In this document: piece after piece, positions 23,505-32,268 of the stretch | How the letters are laid out: every line of letters starts with the position of its first letter | Position numbering within the stretch: the first letter of the stretch is position 1 | DNA from: an uncultured Phycisphaeraceae bacterium | Lineage (GTDB): Bacteria; Planctomycetota; Phycisphaerae; UBA1845 | Reading direction: 5' to 3' | Length of the DNA stretch: 35,224 nucleotides | NCBI GenBank assembly: GCA_964552515.1 | Contig: CAZKIN010000009.1 | Location: forward strand, 1-35,224 | Made by a program: the position numbers and the translations under genes | The notes under the pieces: model-generated | Database searches by the model: none | What the model was told of the DNA's origin: nothing | What the model saw: the letters and a program-made list of their open reading frames with translations, nothing else

Positions 23505-24701
23505 ATGAAACCAGCAGACGTGTTCCTAAGCAGTGTGCGGGTCGCGGTGGCGATGGAGGTCGCGGAGAGCGGAACGAGCGACATCGTGGTCTCGCCGGCG
23601 GGCAAGGTGACCAGCACGAACGGCACGTTCGTGATGGACGCGGCCGCGTGGCGGGAAATCGAAAAGGCCTACCGCCAGCGGAACATTCAACTGCCGGTGG
23701 ATTACGAACATCAGACGGTGCCGGGCATGAACGCGCGGGCGGACGGACTGGCCCCGCGGGCCGGTTCGATCAAGGCCCTCCGCTTTGAAGAAGGCGCGGG
23801 ACTGATCGCCACGGTGGAGTGGACACAGAAGGCAAGAGAAATGATCCGGGCGGGTGAATACAAGTACCCCAGCCCGGTGGTGCTCATTCGGAAATCGGAT
23901 CAACGGGCCGTCGAACTGGTCAGCGTGGGGCTGACCAACGACCCGGCGATCTTTGGGATCGGAGCGCTGGCCGCGACGCGGCAGGGAAATGCTTCGAGAA
24001 AGTACAGGGAGGCACACAGCATGGACGCGACGCAGGGAACGACTGCGCCATCCGATCCGGCAGTCCTGATCGGAGAAATGGCGGGCTATCTGGGCATCGC
24101 CACGGATGGCAAGGAGATGATCGGCATCCTCACGGAGATGCGCGACAAGATGAAGAGTGGCAAGGGCGACGGCGAGGAAAAAAAGGACGACGAGGACAAG
24201 AAGGTGGCGAGCAGCGCACGGACCGCCTTGGGCCTCTCCGGTGACGCGGGCAGCGATGCCGTGGTTCTGGCACTCACCAACCTGAAGGCGAGCAAAAAGA
24301 ACGAGGATGCGCTGCTCGCCCGCATCAATTCGCTTGAAGCTTCCAGCGTGGAACGGGACTTCGATCTGTTCATCGCGCCCTACAAGGCGAAGGGTGCGGT
24401 CAGCGAAGCGAACAAGGCGCAGTACGAGATGCTGAAGCGCTCGTTCAAGTCCAACCGCGATGATTGCAAGATCATCTGCGACGGCCTGCCCCATCCGAAG
24501 CAGGAGCAGCTCACCGACGGCGCCCCCGCGAAAACGGGGAAGGTTGATCGGGCAACGATGATCGCGAATGCGGCCAGGGAGTTCGCTGCGGACCCATCCA
24601 TTGGCAAGGTAACGAGCCTCAAGGCGTTCACCAACATGAAGCTTGGCGATGCGGGCCGCGAACTGTTGTCCGACGACGAAGTCAAGAAGCTGGTGGCGTA
24701 G
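23505..24701 (+). CDS. Mu I-like prohead protease/scaffold protein
   Basis: ATG at 23505 with SD AAAGGTG. LPVDYEHQ...GLIATVEWTQKAREMIRAGEYKYPSPVV...VGLTNDPA matches the Mu-like prophage I protein pattern. The C-terminus is charged and scaffold-like. Confidence 0.8.
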   Translation: MKPADVFLSSVRVAVAMEVAESGTSDIVVSPAGKVTSTNGTFVMDAAAWREIEKAYRQRNIQLPVDYEHQTVPGMNARADGLAPRAGSIKALRFEEGAGLIATVEWTQKAREMIRAGEYKYPSPVVLIRKSDQRAVELVSVGLTNDPAIFGIGALAATRQGNASRKYREAHSMDATQGTTAPSDPAVLIGEMAGYLGIATDGKEMIGILTEMRDKMKSGKGDGEEKKDDEDKKVASSARTALGLSGDAGSDAVVLALTNLKASKKNEDALLARINSLEASSVERDFDLFIAPYKAKGAVSEANKAQYEMLKRSFKSNRDDCKIICDGLPHPKQEQLTDGAPAKTGKVDRATMIANAAREFAADPSIGKVTSLKAFTNMKLGDAGRELLSDDEVKKLVA

Positions 24702-24706
24702 AAAAA

Positions 24707-24748
24707 GCCACAAAGGCACGTTAGGCGCGGAAGCCACGTAGGGCAGAC
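24707..24748 (+). repeat. degenerate octamer array (GCCACAAA GGCACGTT ... GCCACGTA GGGCAGAC)
   Basis: Read directly. It starts 6 nt after the stop at 24699-24701. Confidence 0.6.
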
Positions 24749-24777
24749 CAAGAGAAACGAAGAAAAAGGAGAAAAAT

Positions 24778-25872
24778 ATGACCGCACTTGCGGCAAATCG
24801 AAATGTCGATCGATACGTCGATCAGGAACTGCGCACCTTCAAGGCGGGCGCGGCGCGGCACTTATTCAAGGACGGCTGGGTCGGTGTCGACCCGGCGGGC
24901 ATGGCGAAACCCTTTGAACCGGGTGACCAGCTGGTGGGCATCGCGGACAGCGAATGCGACAACTCACTCGGCGCGGCAGCGGCACTGTCCGTAACCGTGC
25001 GGACGCAGGGCGACTTCCTACACACGCTGACCAGCGTGGCGGACGCGGATGTCGGCAAGGCAGTCTTCGCCACAGATGACGCGACACTGGCACTGATCGG
25101 ACACCCGGACGCCTATGTCGGGCGCGTCCTGGCGAAGGACAGCTCCAACAAGGCGGTGATCCGCCTGAAGGCACCCGGCGAAAAGCCGCTGCCTTCAGAT
25201 ACCGGCTGCCTGGAAGTCGTCAATGATTTCCTGTCGCCGGTGACGGTCACCGGTGCGACCGCCGGCGATCTGTTCAGCGGTGATCTGCGGCTGGTCTCGG
25301 CGCTGGGACTCGGCGTCAAGAACGTGGTCGGGGCGAATGGCGGAGTGGACCTGGAATTCGACGCCGTCGCCGAAGTGGCCCAGGCGTCGATCGAGACGGA
25401 AGCGATCTTCCTGGCGAGCAAGGGAGTGACCTTCGAGGCGCGGCTGCACCTGCCGACCAACGGAGACGCCGCCGCCTTCGACGCGGACTGGGGTCTGGGC
25501 ACGGCGCTTACCGCGAACAGCCGGGCGTCGATCGACCACGCGGACATGGTCAACCTCGCGGCGTTCCACATGGACGGCGCGAGCACGGCGATCAACGCGC
25601 AAAGCGACAACAACGTCACCGACGTGGCCCCGGTGGACACCACCGTGGTCAACGTCACCACCGCGCTGGCGTACAAGGAATTCAAGGCGATCGTCCGCCC
25701 GGCGGGCACGGTTGAATTCTGGATTGATGGCGCACGGGTACTGCCCAGCACCGTCTTCGCGGTGGCGACCACCGCCGTGCTGTGCGGGTTCATCAATATC
25801 GAAAAGACCTCGGATGACACCCTCGCGGTGCTCCGGATCGATCGCATTCGCGTCGCGGGTGCACGTTCCTAG
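24778..25872 (+). CDS. head decoration/cement-like protein (DUF2190-like N-terminus) with an extra C-terminal beta-rich domain
   Basis: The N-terminal 130 aa follows the pattern LVGIADS...VTVRTQGDF...VGKAVFATDD...YVGRVLAK...AVIRL. It sits between the scaffold and capsid genes. The C-terminus contains FWIDGARV, which is lectin/LamG-like. Confidence 0.5.
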   Translation: MTALAANRNVDRYVDQELRTFKAGAARHLFKDGWVGVDPAGMAKPFEPGDQLVGIADSECDNSLGAAAALSVTVRTQGDFLHTLTSVADADVGKAVFATDDATLALIGHPDAYVGRVLAKDSSNKAVIRLKAPGEKPLPSDTGCLEVVNDFLSPVTVTGATAGDLFSGDLRLVSALGLGVKNVVGANGGVDLEFDAVAEVAQASIETEAIFLASKGVTFEARLHLPTNGDAAAFDADWGLGTALTANSRASIDHADMVNLAAFHMDGASTAINAQSDNNVTDVAPVDTTVVNVTTALAYKEFKAIVRPAGTVEFWIDGARVLPSTVFAVATTAVLCGFINIEKTSDDTLAVLRIDRIRVAGARS

Positions 25873-25891
25873 GGCCTGAAAGGCCCATGGT

Positions 25892-25909
25892 CCCGCTTCG
25901 CGGGTTTTT
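25892..25909 (+). terminator. intrinsic terminator or attenuator upstream of the capsid gene
   Basis: CCCGC-TTC-GCGGG is followed by TTTTT (25905-25909) and preceded by a second hairpin GGGCC-TGAAA-GGCCC (25872-25886). Confidence 0.6.
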
Positions 25910-25982
25910 ATGAGTCGCAACCGTAAAACACGGGCCGGGCGCGAGGGATCGCGACACGGCTTAGAAAGCAAAGGAGTGCAGA

Positions 25983-26924
25983 ATGTCAGGGTATCAGAAT
26001 CTCGGCCTGAATGTCGCGGGCCTGCGTAGTGAGTTCTTCGAAGCCTATCGGGCGAAGAGGACGATCTGGCAGGACCTGTGCACCACGATCAAGTCCAACA
26101 AGGACCAGGAGAATCATAAGTGGCTGGGTAGTGCGCCGCTGATGCGTCCCTGGGGAACGGGGCGTCTGGCGCGGGGCATCCGCTCGGAAAGCTATGACGT
26201 TCCGAACATGAAGTACGAGTCGACCATTGAGGTCGACCGCGACGAGGTGGCCGACGACCAGACCGGTCAGATTTCCATCCGCGTGAAGGAACTGGGCAGC
26301 AACGCGGCCCAGCACAAGGACAGCGAACTGGCGGGCCTGATCAACAACGGGCACAGCGCGGGTTACGTCTCCTATGACGGCAAGACCTTCTTCGCCACGG
26401 ATCACGAGAGCGGCGCGTCGGGTGCACAGTCGAACGATCTGACGTTTGACATTAGCGCCGTTCTGCCCAACGAACCGAACACGCCCACCGCGCCCAGCCC
26501 GCGCACGATGCAGGAGGCGGTGGCCCAGGCGATCGCCGCGATGTCGCTGCTCAAGGATGACGTCGGGGAACCGCAGGAGATTGACCCGGCGGGGGTCATC
26601 GTGGTGACACATCCCAGTCTCAAGTATGCGGCGCAGGTCGGACTCGGGGCATCGGTCATCGGAAATACCAGCAACATCAGCCAGGGCATCCAGCGGGTGG
26701 AGGCCTTCTCGCGGCTCACCTCGGCGGCACGGTTCTTCGTGTTCAAGACCGATGGGCACATCCGCCCGTTCATGTTCCAGGACCGCGAGCCGGTGGAGTT
26801 CGGATCGCTGGAGAAGGATTCGGAGCCGGGCTTCATGCGCGAGAAGTACATCTACGGCGTGCGTGCCCGCTACCGCCTGATGTTCGCGGAATGGCGCTAC
26901 GCGATGGCGGTGACGCTGGTCTAG
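25983..26924 (+). CDS. major capsid protein (Mu gpT-like)
   Basis: LRSEFFEAY...WQDLCTTIKSNKDQENHKWLGSAPLMRPWGTGR...YDVPNMKYESTIEVDRDEVADDQTGQ...YDGKTFFATDH fits the gpT family pattern. Confidence 0.85.
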   Translation: MSGYQNLGLNVAGLRSEFFEAYRAKRTIWQDLCTTIKSNKDQENHKWLGSAPLMRPWGTGRLARGIRSESYDVPNMKYESTIEVDRDEVADDQTGQISIRVKELGSNAAQHKDSELAGLINNGHSAGYVSYDGKTFFATDHESGASGAQSNDLTFDISAVLPNEPNTPTAPSPRTMQEAVAQAIAAMSLLKDDVGEPQEIDPAGVIVVTHPSLKYAAQVGLGASVIGNTSNISQGIQRVEAFSRLTSAARFFVFKTDGHIRPFMFQDREPVEFGSLEKDSEPGFMREKYIYGVRARYRLMFAEWRYAMAVTLV

Positions 26925-26969
26925 TCCGCGCCGCGGAAGACCGGAACCCCAAAAGCAGAAAGGAAAGTT

Positions 26970-27230
26970 ATGGCGAAATTGCAGGACAAACCGGCGGCGG
27001 CGAAGCCAGCTGCAAAGCTTCCCGTGCCGGCGGCGATGAAGGGCGTCAAGGCGCATCCGCCGGCGATCACGAAGTCCGGGATCGCCCGGCTGCGGCAGTT
27101 GCTCAACCAACCGAACGAACTGGCGACGGATGCGTTATGCCAGGAAGCGGCAGTTGAAATCGAGCGACTCCGTCGCGACGTCGGCAGCGCGGAAACACAG
27201 ATCCGCAAGCTGACGGCATCGGAACAGTAA
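26970..27230 (+). CDS. hypothetical protein (86 aa, Ala/Pro/Lys-rich N-terminus, coiled-coil C-terminus)
   Basis: ORF with SD GAAAGGAAAG. Confidence 0.45.
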   Translation: MAKLQDKPAAAKPAAKLPVPAAMKGVKAHPPAITKSGIARLRQLLNQPNELATDALCQEAAVEIERLRRDVGSAETQIRKLTASEQ

Positions 27231-27254
27231 ACAAGGTTCGGCGGGAGTGAGTCC

Positions 27255-27764
27255 ATGGGGCTGTTCGATGCACTGTACCTAGGCAGCGAACTGGTGCTCA
27301 TGGAAGACCTGCCGTTTTATTCAACGGTGACCAGCGTGTACGCGAGCGTGCAACAATTCGTCGATCGACTCGGTGCCACCAAGGCGTCAGAACTGACCGC
27401 CGACAGCGGCACCACGCCCGATGAAGCGAAGCTGCTCGCGGACCTGCAGGAAGCGGAAGGCGAAGTCAACCGGTACCTGGCGAAACGAGTCCAGGTACCG
27501 GTTGACCTGACCGCCCATCCGGAGCTGGCCAGCATGCTCCGCGGACTGACCCTCGACATCGCGGTCTATCGCGTGCACACACGCCGACCGCCGGTGCCCG
27601 AGGATCACAAGACACTTTACGAAAACGCGATCAAGGCATTGATCGAGCTGGCGAAAAACGAAAGCACCCTGCCCGCCGCCACAACGCCGGCGTCCAACGC
27701 AGCGGACGAACCGACGTATGGCTACGGCGGCAGTGAGAGCGATTGGAATCGAGAAAATTTCTAA
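27255..27764 (+). CDS. Mu gp36-like (DUF1320) head-tail connector protein
   Basis: LADLQEAEGEVNRYLAKRVQVPVDL...LRGLTLDIAVYRV...YENAIKALIELAKNE fits the DUF1320 pattern and position. Confidence 0.6.
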   Translation: MGLFDALYLGSELVLMEDLPFYSTVTSVYASVQQFVDRLGATKASELTADSGTTPDEAKLLADLQEAEGEVNRYLAKRVQVPVDLTAHPELASMLRGLTLDIAVYRVHTRRPPVPEDHKTLYENAIKALIELAKNESTLPAATTPASNAADEPTYGYGGSESDWNRENF

Positions 27765-27773
27765 GGCACCGCA

Positions 27774-28457
27774 ATGAGCACCGCAGTCAAAATCCAGGTG
27801 GTTTCGAGCGGCAATCAAAAGGCCTTCGAAAAGGCCGTGAATGCCCTGAAGAATCCGCGCGTGCTGATCCGCCGCGTGGGCGTACTGGGCATGAGCTCGG
27901 GTGTGCGCCGCTTGGAGACGGTACTTCGCCAGGACAAGGACGCGATCCGCACCGGGCAACTGGGTCGATCGATTCGCGTCAGGCCCAATGGGGATGGCGG
28001 AAACCAAAACACGATCTTCACGGTCGAGGATGCACGCGGCGAGTTTGGAACCAATTTGAAGTATGCGGCGCAAGTGCACTTCGGCGGCCGCATCGACCCG
28101 GTCAACGCGAAGGCGCTGGCCATCCCGCTGACGGCGCAACTGAAACGCGCCCAGGTCTCACCGCGCGAGTTGCCGCTGGTCACCCAGGCGAATCTGAAAT
28201 TCATTCCCCGGCGATCGAAGGGCAAGCCGGGGATCATCGGCTACCTGCTGCTGGAAGCGGGCGTAGAAGGCAAGCTCGATAACAGCGCGACGGGCACCAA
28301 GATCAAAGGCAACACCAAGAAAAAAGGCGTGCTGCTCTATGCCCTGGCACGCTGGGTGTGGCAGCGGGCGAATCCGTTCTTGTATTTCAGTGCGGAGGAT
28401 CGCCGCGTGGTCAACGAAGAAATCTTCAAGCAGTGGGTTGAAGGAAAAGGCAAGTAG
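27774..28457 (+). CDS. virion morphogenesis protein (Mu gpG-like)
   Basis: TGQLGRSI and GTNLKYAAQVHFGG resemble the tGxLxxSi and YAAiHQFGG motifs of this family. Confidence 0.6.
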   Translation: MSTAVKIQVVSSGNQKAFEKAVNALKNPRVLIRRVGVLGMSSGVRRLETVLRQDKDAIRTGQLGRSIRVRPNGDGGNQNTIFTVEDARGEFGTNLKYAAQVHFGGRIDPVNAKALAIPLTAQLKRAQVSPRELPLVTQANLKFIPRRSKGKPGIIGYLLLEAGVEGKLDNSATGTKIKGNTKKKGVLLYALARWVWQRANPFLYFSAEDRRVVNEEIFKQWVEGKGK

Positions 28458-28480
28458 GCACGCAGACACGGAGGCACGAA
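28457..28480 (+). repeat. octamer array GGCACGCA GACACGGA GGCACGAA
   Basis: Read directly. It overlaps the last base of the stop at 28455-28457. Confidence 0.85.
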
Positions 28481-28484
28481 GCGC

Positions 28485-28964
28485 GTGGCAAACGACGGAT
28501 CAATCGCCAGCCTGGTCGAGCAGTGGATCGTGGACCAGCTCAACGCACTGCCGGAACTGGCAGGCAGCGTGGCAGCGTTCGAAGGCACCTTCGCCAGGGA
28601 TGGTGAAGAGTTTGTCAATGAGATGCTGTCCAAGCGCGACGGCCACGCGGTGGTGCTGTTCGAGGGCGACGAAGCCATCGACCTGGAGGAAGGCGAAGTG
28701 GCCTACCTCCCGACCTATGCGATTTACATTTGCGTGCAAAACCAGCGGCCCGCGTCGGGACGCAAGGGCGACGGCAACAAGCCGGGAACCAACAAGCTGC
28801 GCGACCTGGTGCGCGTGGCGCTGCACAACAAGTTCCCGGGGATCAGCGATGACTACTATGGCACCGACGATACGCAGTTCGGCGGATGCGAAATTGTCTT
28901 TCAACGCAAGGATGCGTTCATCCTGAAAGCGACGGTCCGCGTGCGCGAGACGCCCACGGGATAG
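28485..28964 (+). CDS. hypothetical virion protein (Mu gp37 position)
   Basis: GTG start 10 nt after GGAGG. The call rests on position only. Confidence 0.4.
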   Translation: MANDGSIASLVEQWIVDQLNALPELAGSVAAFEGTFARDGEEFVNEMLSKRDGHAVVLFEGDEAIDLEEGEVAYLPTYAIYICVQNQRPASGRKGDGNKPGTNKLRDLVRVALHNKFPGISDDYYGTDDTQFGGCEIVFQRKDAFILKATVRVRETPTG

Positions 28965-28995
28965 GCCATCAGGGCGCTGCGGACACCGCAGTGGC

Positions 28996-29014
28996 ACCCG
29001 CACAGCGGGTTTGT
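28996..29014 (+). repeat. hairpin element ACCCGCACAGCGGGTTTGT (copy c)
   Basis: It is preceded by a second ACA-loop hairpin, CTGCGG-ACA-CCGCAG, at 28977-28991. Confidence 0.85.
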
Positions 29015-29030
29015 ACGAAGGGAATGGATT

Positions 29031-29948
29031 ATGAGCAGGGTATACAACGTACACGCGTTCCGCTGCATGACCGCATCGCCCATCGCGGTGGGCGGGGTGC
29101 AGGAAGTCGGCTATGCGCCCACCTATCGGGACGTCATCCAAAGCACCAGCGACGGCGCGATCGGCGTGGAGGACGTGGACCGCGCGGGCCTGCGCGTGGC
29201 CACGCGGCTGCGCACCACCGACGTGGAGAAGGTGGTGGCGCTGCTGAGCGCCATTGAGGCGGACCTGCAATTCTCCGGCGTGAAGAGTCCGGTCACCTCG
29301 GCGACGAAAACGCTGCACCACGTGGTGATGAAGCGCAACCTGTTCACCGGCTTTTCCATGTCGATCAGCAAGGCGCAGGATGCAGTGGCCAACCTGGACG
29401 GCTCCCTGCGCGGTGATCCGGCGGCGAGTCCGGCGGACACGCTGAAGACGCTGGTGACCATCACGGAAAACACGACGGCCCCGACCTCGACCTATCCGCT
29501 GCGCGTCTATCGGCCCAACGGCGCGGTGTTTGATCCAGGCACCGACATTTCCCCCAAGCACCTGCAGAGCATCGATCTGTCCATGTCGGCGGAAGTGGAG
29601 GAGGACTACGGGGATACGGATGTCTGCATGGTGGCACGGGACATCGTGGGGTGGGGAGCGCTCCAGGTGAGCATGACCTTCCGGGATCAGACCCTCGCGT
29701 CGGGTGAGAACATGTGCAGCCAACTGCTGGGAGCGGACCGCGGGACACTGTTCGTGCCGCTGCTCGGCCGGGCCGGCGGAGCCAACCCAAACCTGTCCAT
29801 CAACAACCTGCTGTGGACCGGTGCGCCCACGGTAACCAAGGGACGCGGGTACTGGGAGTTCACGGTGTCGGGCAGCTGCGGATGGAGAAACATTGCCGGA
29901 GGCACCTCGTACACGATGGCTCAACTGCTGGGCATCACGGAATCGTAG
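29031..29948 (+). CDS. putative major tail protein (305 aa)
   Basis: It is the first large ORF after the connector genes. No sheath-sized gene follows. No family motif recognised. Confidence 0.35.
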   Translation: MSRVYNVHAFRCMTASPIAVGGVQEVGYAPTYRDVIQSTSDGAIGVEDVDRAGLRVATRLRTTDVEKVVALLSAIEADLQFSGVKSPVTSATKTLHHVVMKRNLFTGFSMSISKAQDAVANLDGSLRGDPAASPADTLKTLVTITENTTAPTSTYPLRVYRPNGAVFDPGTDISPKHLQSIDLSMSAEVEEDYGDTDVCMVARDIVGWGALQVSMTFRDQTLASGENMCSQLLGADRGTLFVPLLGRAGGANPNLSINNLLWTGAPTVTKGRGYWEFTVSGSCGWRNIAGGTSYTMAQLLGITES

Positions 29949-29965
29949 GAGGAAGGCAACAGGCA

Positions 29966-29984
29966 ACCCGCACCGCGGGATTGA
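29966..29984 (+). repeat. hairpin element ACCCGCACCGCGGGATTGA (copy d)
   Basis: Read directly. The loop is ACC instead of ACA. Confidence 0.8.
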
Positions 29985-30002
29985 ACGGAGTCACGCAGAG
30001 AC

Positions 30003-31304
30003 ATGGCAGGCGAGCAGGATCTGAAATTAAGGGTGAGCCAGGATGGCGCAGAGGAAACGGCAGCGGCCGTTGGCAAGGTGGAGACTGCGCAGAAAAAGGT
30101 GGCCGGTACCGCCGTCGAATCGGCGGCGGCGACAGAGACGGCAACTGAAGCGACGAAGAAGGCAGCGGCGAGCAATGAAGACCTGTTCAACATCCTGAAC
30201 AAGATTCACCCCGGACTCGGCGAGATCGCGCAGACGATGTCGCGCGGCTCGAAAGTGGCCGGGGATTTCGCCACGAAGAATATTGAACTGGCGAACGTGT
30301 TCGGCAGCCTCAAGACCGCGGTAACTGAAAATGCCGGGGCACTCAAGCTCCTGCTCGCAGGCGGTGCCGTGGCTATTGGCATTGGTTTGATCGGTGCCGC
30401 AGTGGCAAAGATGAAGGCCGAGTTCGAAGAGGCCACCAAGGCGATCAATGACAACGCGAAGGCACTGGATGAACTACGAGGCAAACAGATTGAAGAGCAG
30501 GCATCGATCGAACAGATTGCGGATGCACGCAAACGGGTCGCACCCATTACGCCGGAACAATCGAGTGAAGCATTGGCACGGGCAGAGGCAGTAAGGGCGC
30601 GATTGCCTGAATTGGGTGATGGGAGCATTCGCCGCGCGGCGGGTGTAACCGCAGGCCTCGATGGCGTCGATCAAGACATGGTAGAGCAGCTCGCGATTCT
30701 GCTAGACCGTCGCCCCAATTTCAAACTGAATGGCGACGCGGATGCGGACTCCATTCGACGGCAGATTCAACAAGGTGTCACGCGCGAAGCGCCGTTCATT
30801 GAGGGGTTCCGCCAGCGGGAAACGCGGCAAGGCGCAGGGCTGGGAACCGGTCGGCTGCCGGGCGGAACGGAAGCGGAGGATCGGGCGAGGCGCCAAGCGG
30901 TAGCGGCGGGTGGTGAGACCAATGAGCTAAAAGGGTTCGCCTCCACGCGGGTGAATCCCGGAACCGACCTCGATCGACTGACACAACTTGCGCAGAAGTT
31001 CGGTAGTGTTGGTGCTCTCGAAGATGCGCTGAAGAATCCGGGCCTCGGACCGGGAAGCTCCGTCCAGAGCGGGGATGGCAACGTCAGCGTTCCGACGCAA
31101 GATAAGACCCCATTTGGCTTGACCGAGTATGTGACCCTTTCAAGGAAAGATGTCGCTGATCTGACAGCAGTTCTTGGGGACCTCAGCCGGGATGTTCGCG
31201 CAAACTCGGAAGCCACTCGACAGAACAGCGTCGCAACACCGGTCTCGAACAATGGAAGGTTCGGCCCGGCGAGGAATGGGCAAAACACTTTGAATCAGCC
31301 GTAG
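30003..31304 (+). CDS. tape-measure-like protein (short, 433 aa)
   Basis: Ala-rich coiled-coil segments plus the hydrophobic stretch LKLLLAGGAVAIGIGLIGAAVA, positioned after the tail protein. Confidence 0.35.
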   Translation: MAGEQDLKLRVSQDGAEETAAAVGKVETAQKKVAGTAVESAAATETATEATKKAAASNEDLFNILNKIHPGLGEIAQTMSRGSKVAGDFATKNIELANVFGSLKTAVTENAGALKLLLAGGAVAIGIGLIGAAVAKMKAEFEEATKAINDNAKALDELRGKQIEEQASIEQIADARKRVAPITPEQSSEALARAEAVRARLPELGDGSIRRAAGVTAGLDGVDQDMVEQLAILLDRRPNFKLNGDADADSIRRQIQQGVTREAPFIEGFRQRETRQGAGLGTGRLPGGTEAEDRARRQAVAAGGETNELKGFASTRVNPGTDLDRLTQLAQKFGSVGALEDALKNPGLGPGSSVQSGDGNVSVPTQDKTPFGLTEYVTLSRKDVADLTAVLGDLSRDVRANSEATRQNSVATPVSNNGRFGPARNGQNTLNQP

Positions 31305-31311
31305 AACATGA

Positions 31312-31794
31312 ATGGCGAACGGACATCCAAAATTCGGCGAAACCAACGGCGTGACGCTGCTCGACGTCGGGCAGCTCGGCGGCACGCGCGCCAATGCCGG
31401 AACGGCAGTGTTCACCAATCGCCTGGTGCCGGGCAGCGAGCAAGCGGAATTCACGGAGAATCGCGCTGCACAACAGACGGGCATCGTGCGCAACCTGATC
31501 GGATACGCGGGCGGCAGCGTGTCTTGGCGGGGCAATCTGAAAGTCGACAGCCTGACCACGCTACGCGCGATCATCAGCGAACTCAATCAGAAGAAACACG
31601 GCCACACGCGGAACAGCAGCGGCACGCTGCTGCAGCCCGACCCGGCGCAAGTGCGCGAGACGCGGCTGACGGACTACGACGGAACGGTGATCGCCGACCG
31701 CGTGGTGATCAATGAATGGCGGATGGGTGAACGCAAGGCGACACCCGAAGGGAAGATTGTGGTGTCGTTGGATATTGAGTTTCGGATTCTATGA
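31312..31794 (+). CDS. hypothetical tail-module protein (160 aa)
   Basis: The ORF is coupled to the next gene by a 4-nt overlap. Confidence 0.5.
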   Translation: MANGHPKFGETNGVTLLDVGQLGGTRANAGTAVFTNRLVPGSEQAEFTENRAAQQTGIVRNLIGYAGGSVSWRGNLKVDSLTTLRAIISELNQKKHGHTRNSSGTLLQPDPAQVRETRLTDYDGTVIADRVVINEWRMGERKATPEGKIVVSLDIEFRIL

Positions 31795-32261
31795 CCACGC
31801 TGCTGCTCTTTTTGACCTTGTTTGGCGCACCCGCGAAATGCGTGGCACTGCCCGCCGGCGTTGCCGACGTGCAGGTGTTTGTCGACGCGGACGGCAACGC
31901 GGCCACGGGTTACGGGTGGGGCAGCGAATACGTGGTGCGCTGTGTCGCGGCCGAGCTCGCGGACGCCTGGCATTGCCATGTGCGGAGCACGCTAGATTCC
32001 GGATGCGGCGCGGCGGGCGGATGGGGTCCGGCGATGGGCGTCGCGGAAATTAGCGCTACGACGCTGGCCATGCCGGTGACGCTGATACCGGCGGGAACGC
32101 GGCTGGTGCTGGAGACCTATACGGTCGACGGTGTGCGCCTGACCAGCGGATCGGTCAACGCTGCCAACTGTCAGTCAGCGTGCAGCCTGGGCGACTTCGA
32201 CGGCGACTGTGATGTGGACCTGGCAGACTACGCCATCTTTCAAAATAACTTTGGGCAGTGA
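31791..32261 (+). CDS. tail-module protein with hydrophobic N-terminus and C-terminal dockerin-like repeat
   Basis: The C-terminus GDFDGDCDVDLADYAIFQNNFGQ matches the repeat at the N-terminus of 13388..14539. Confidence 0.5.
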   Translation: MTTLLLFLTLFGAPAKCVALPAGVADVQVFVDADGNAATGYGWGSEYVVRCVAAELADAWHCHVRSTLDSGCGAAGGWGPAMGVAEISATTLAMPVTLIPAGTRLVLETYTVDGVRLTSGSVNAANCQSACSLGDFDGDCDVDLADYAIFQNNFGQ

Positions 32262-32268
32262 GGAATAG

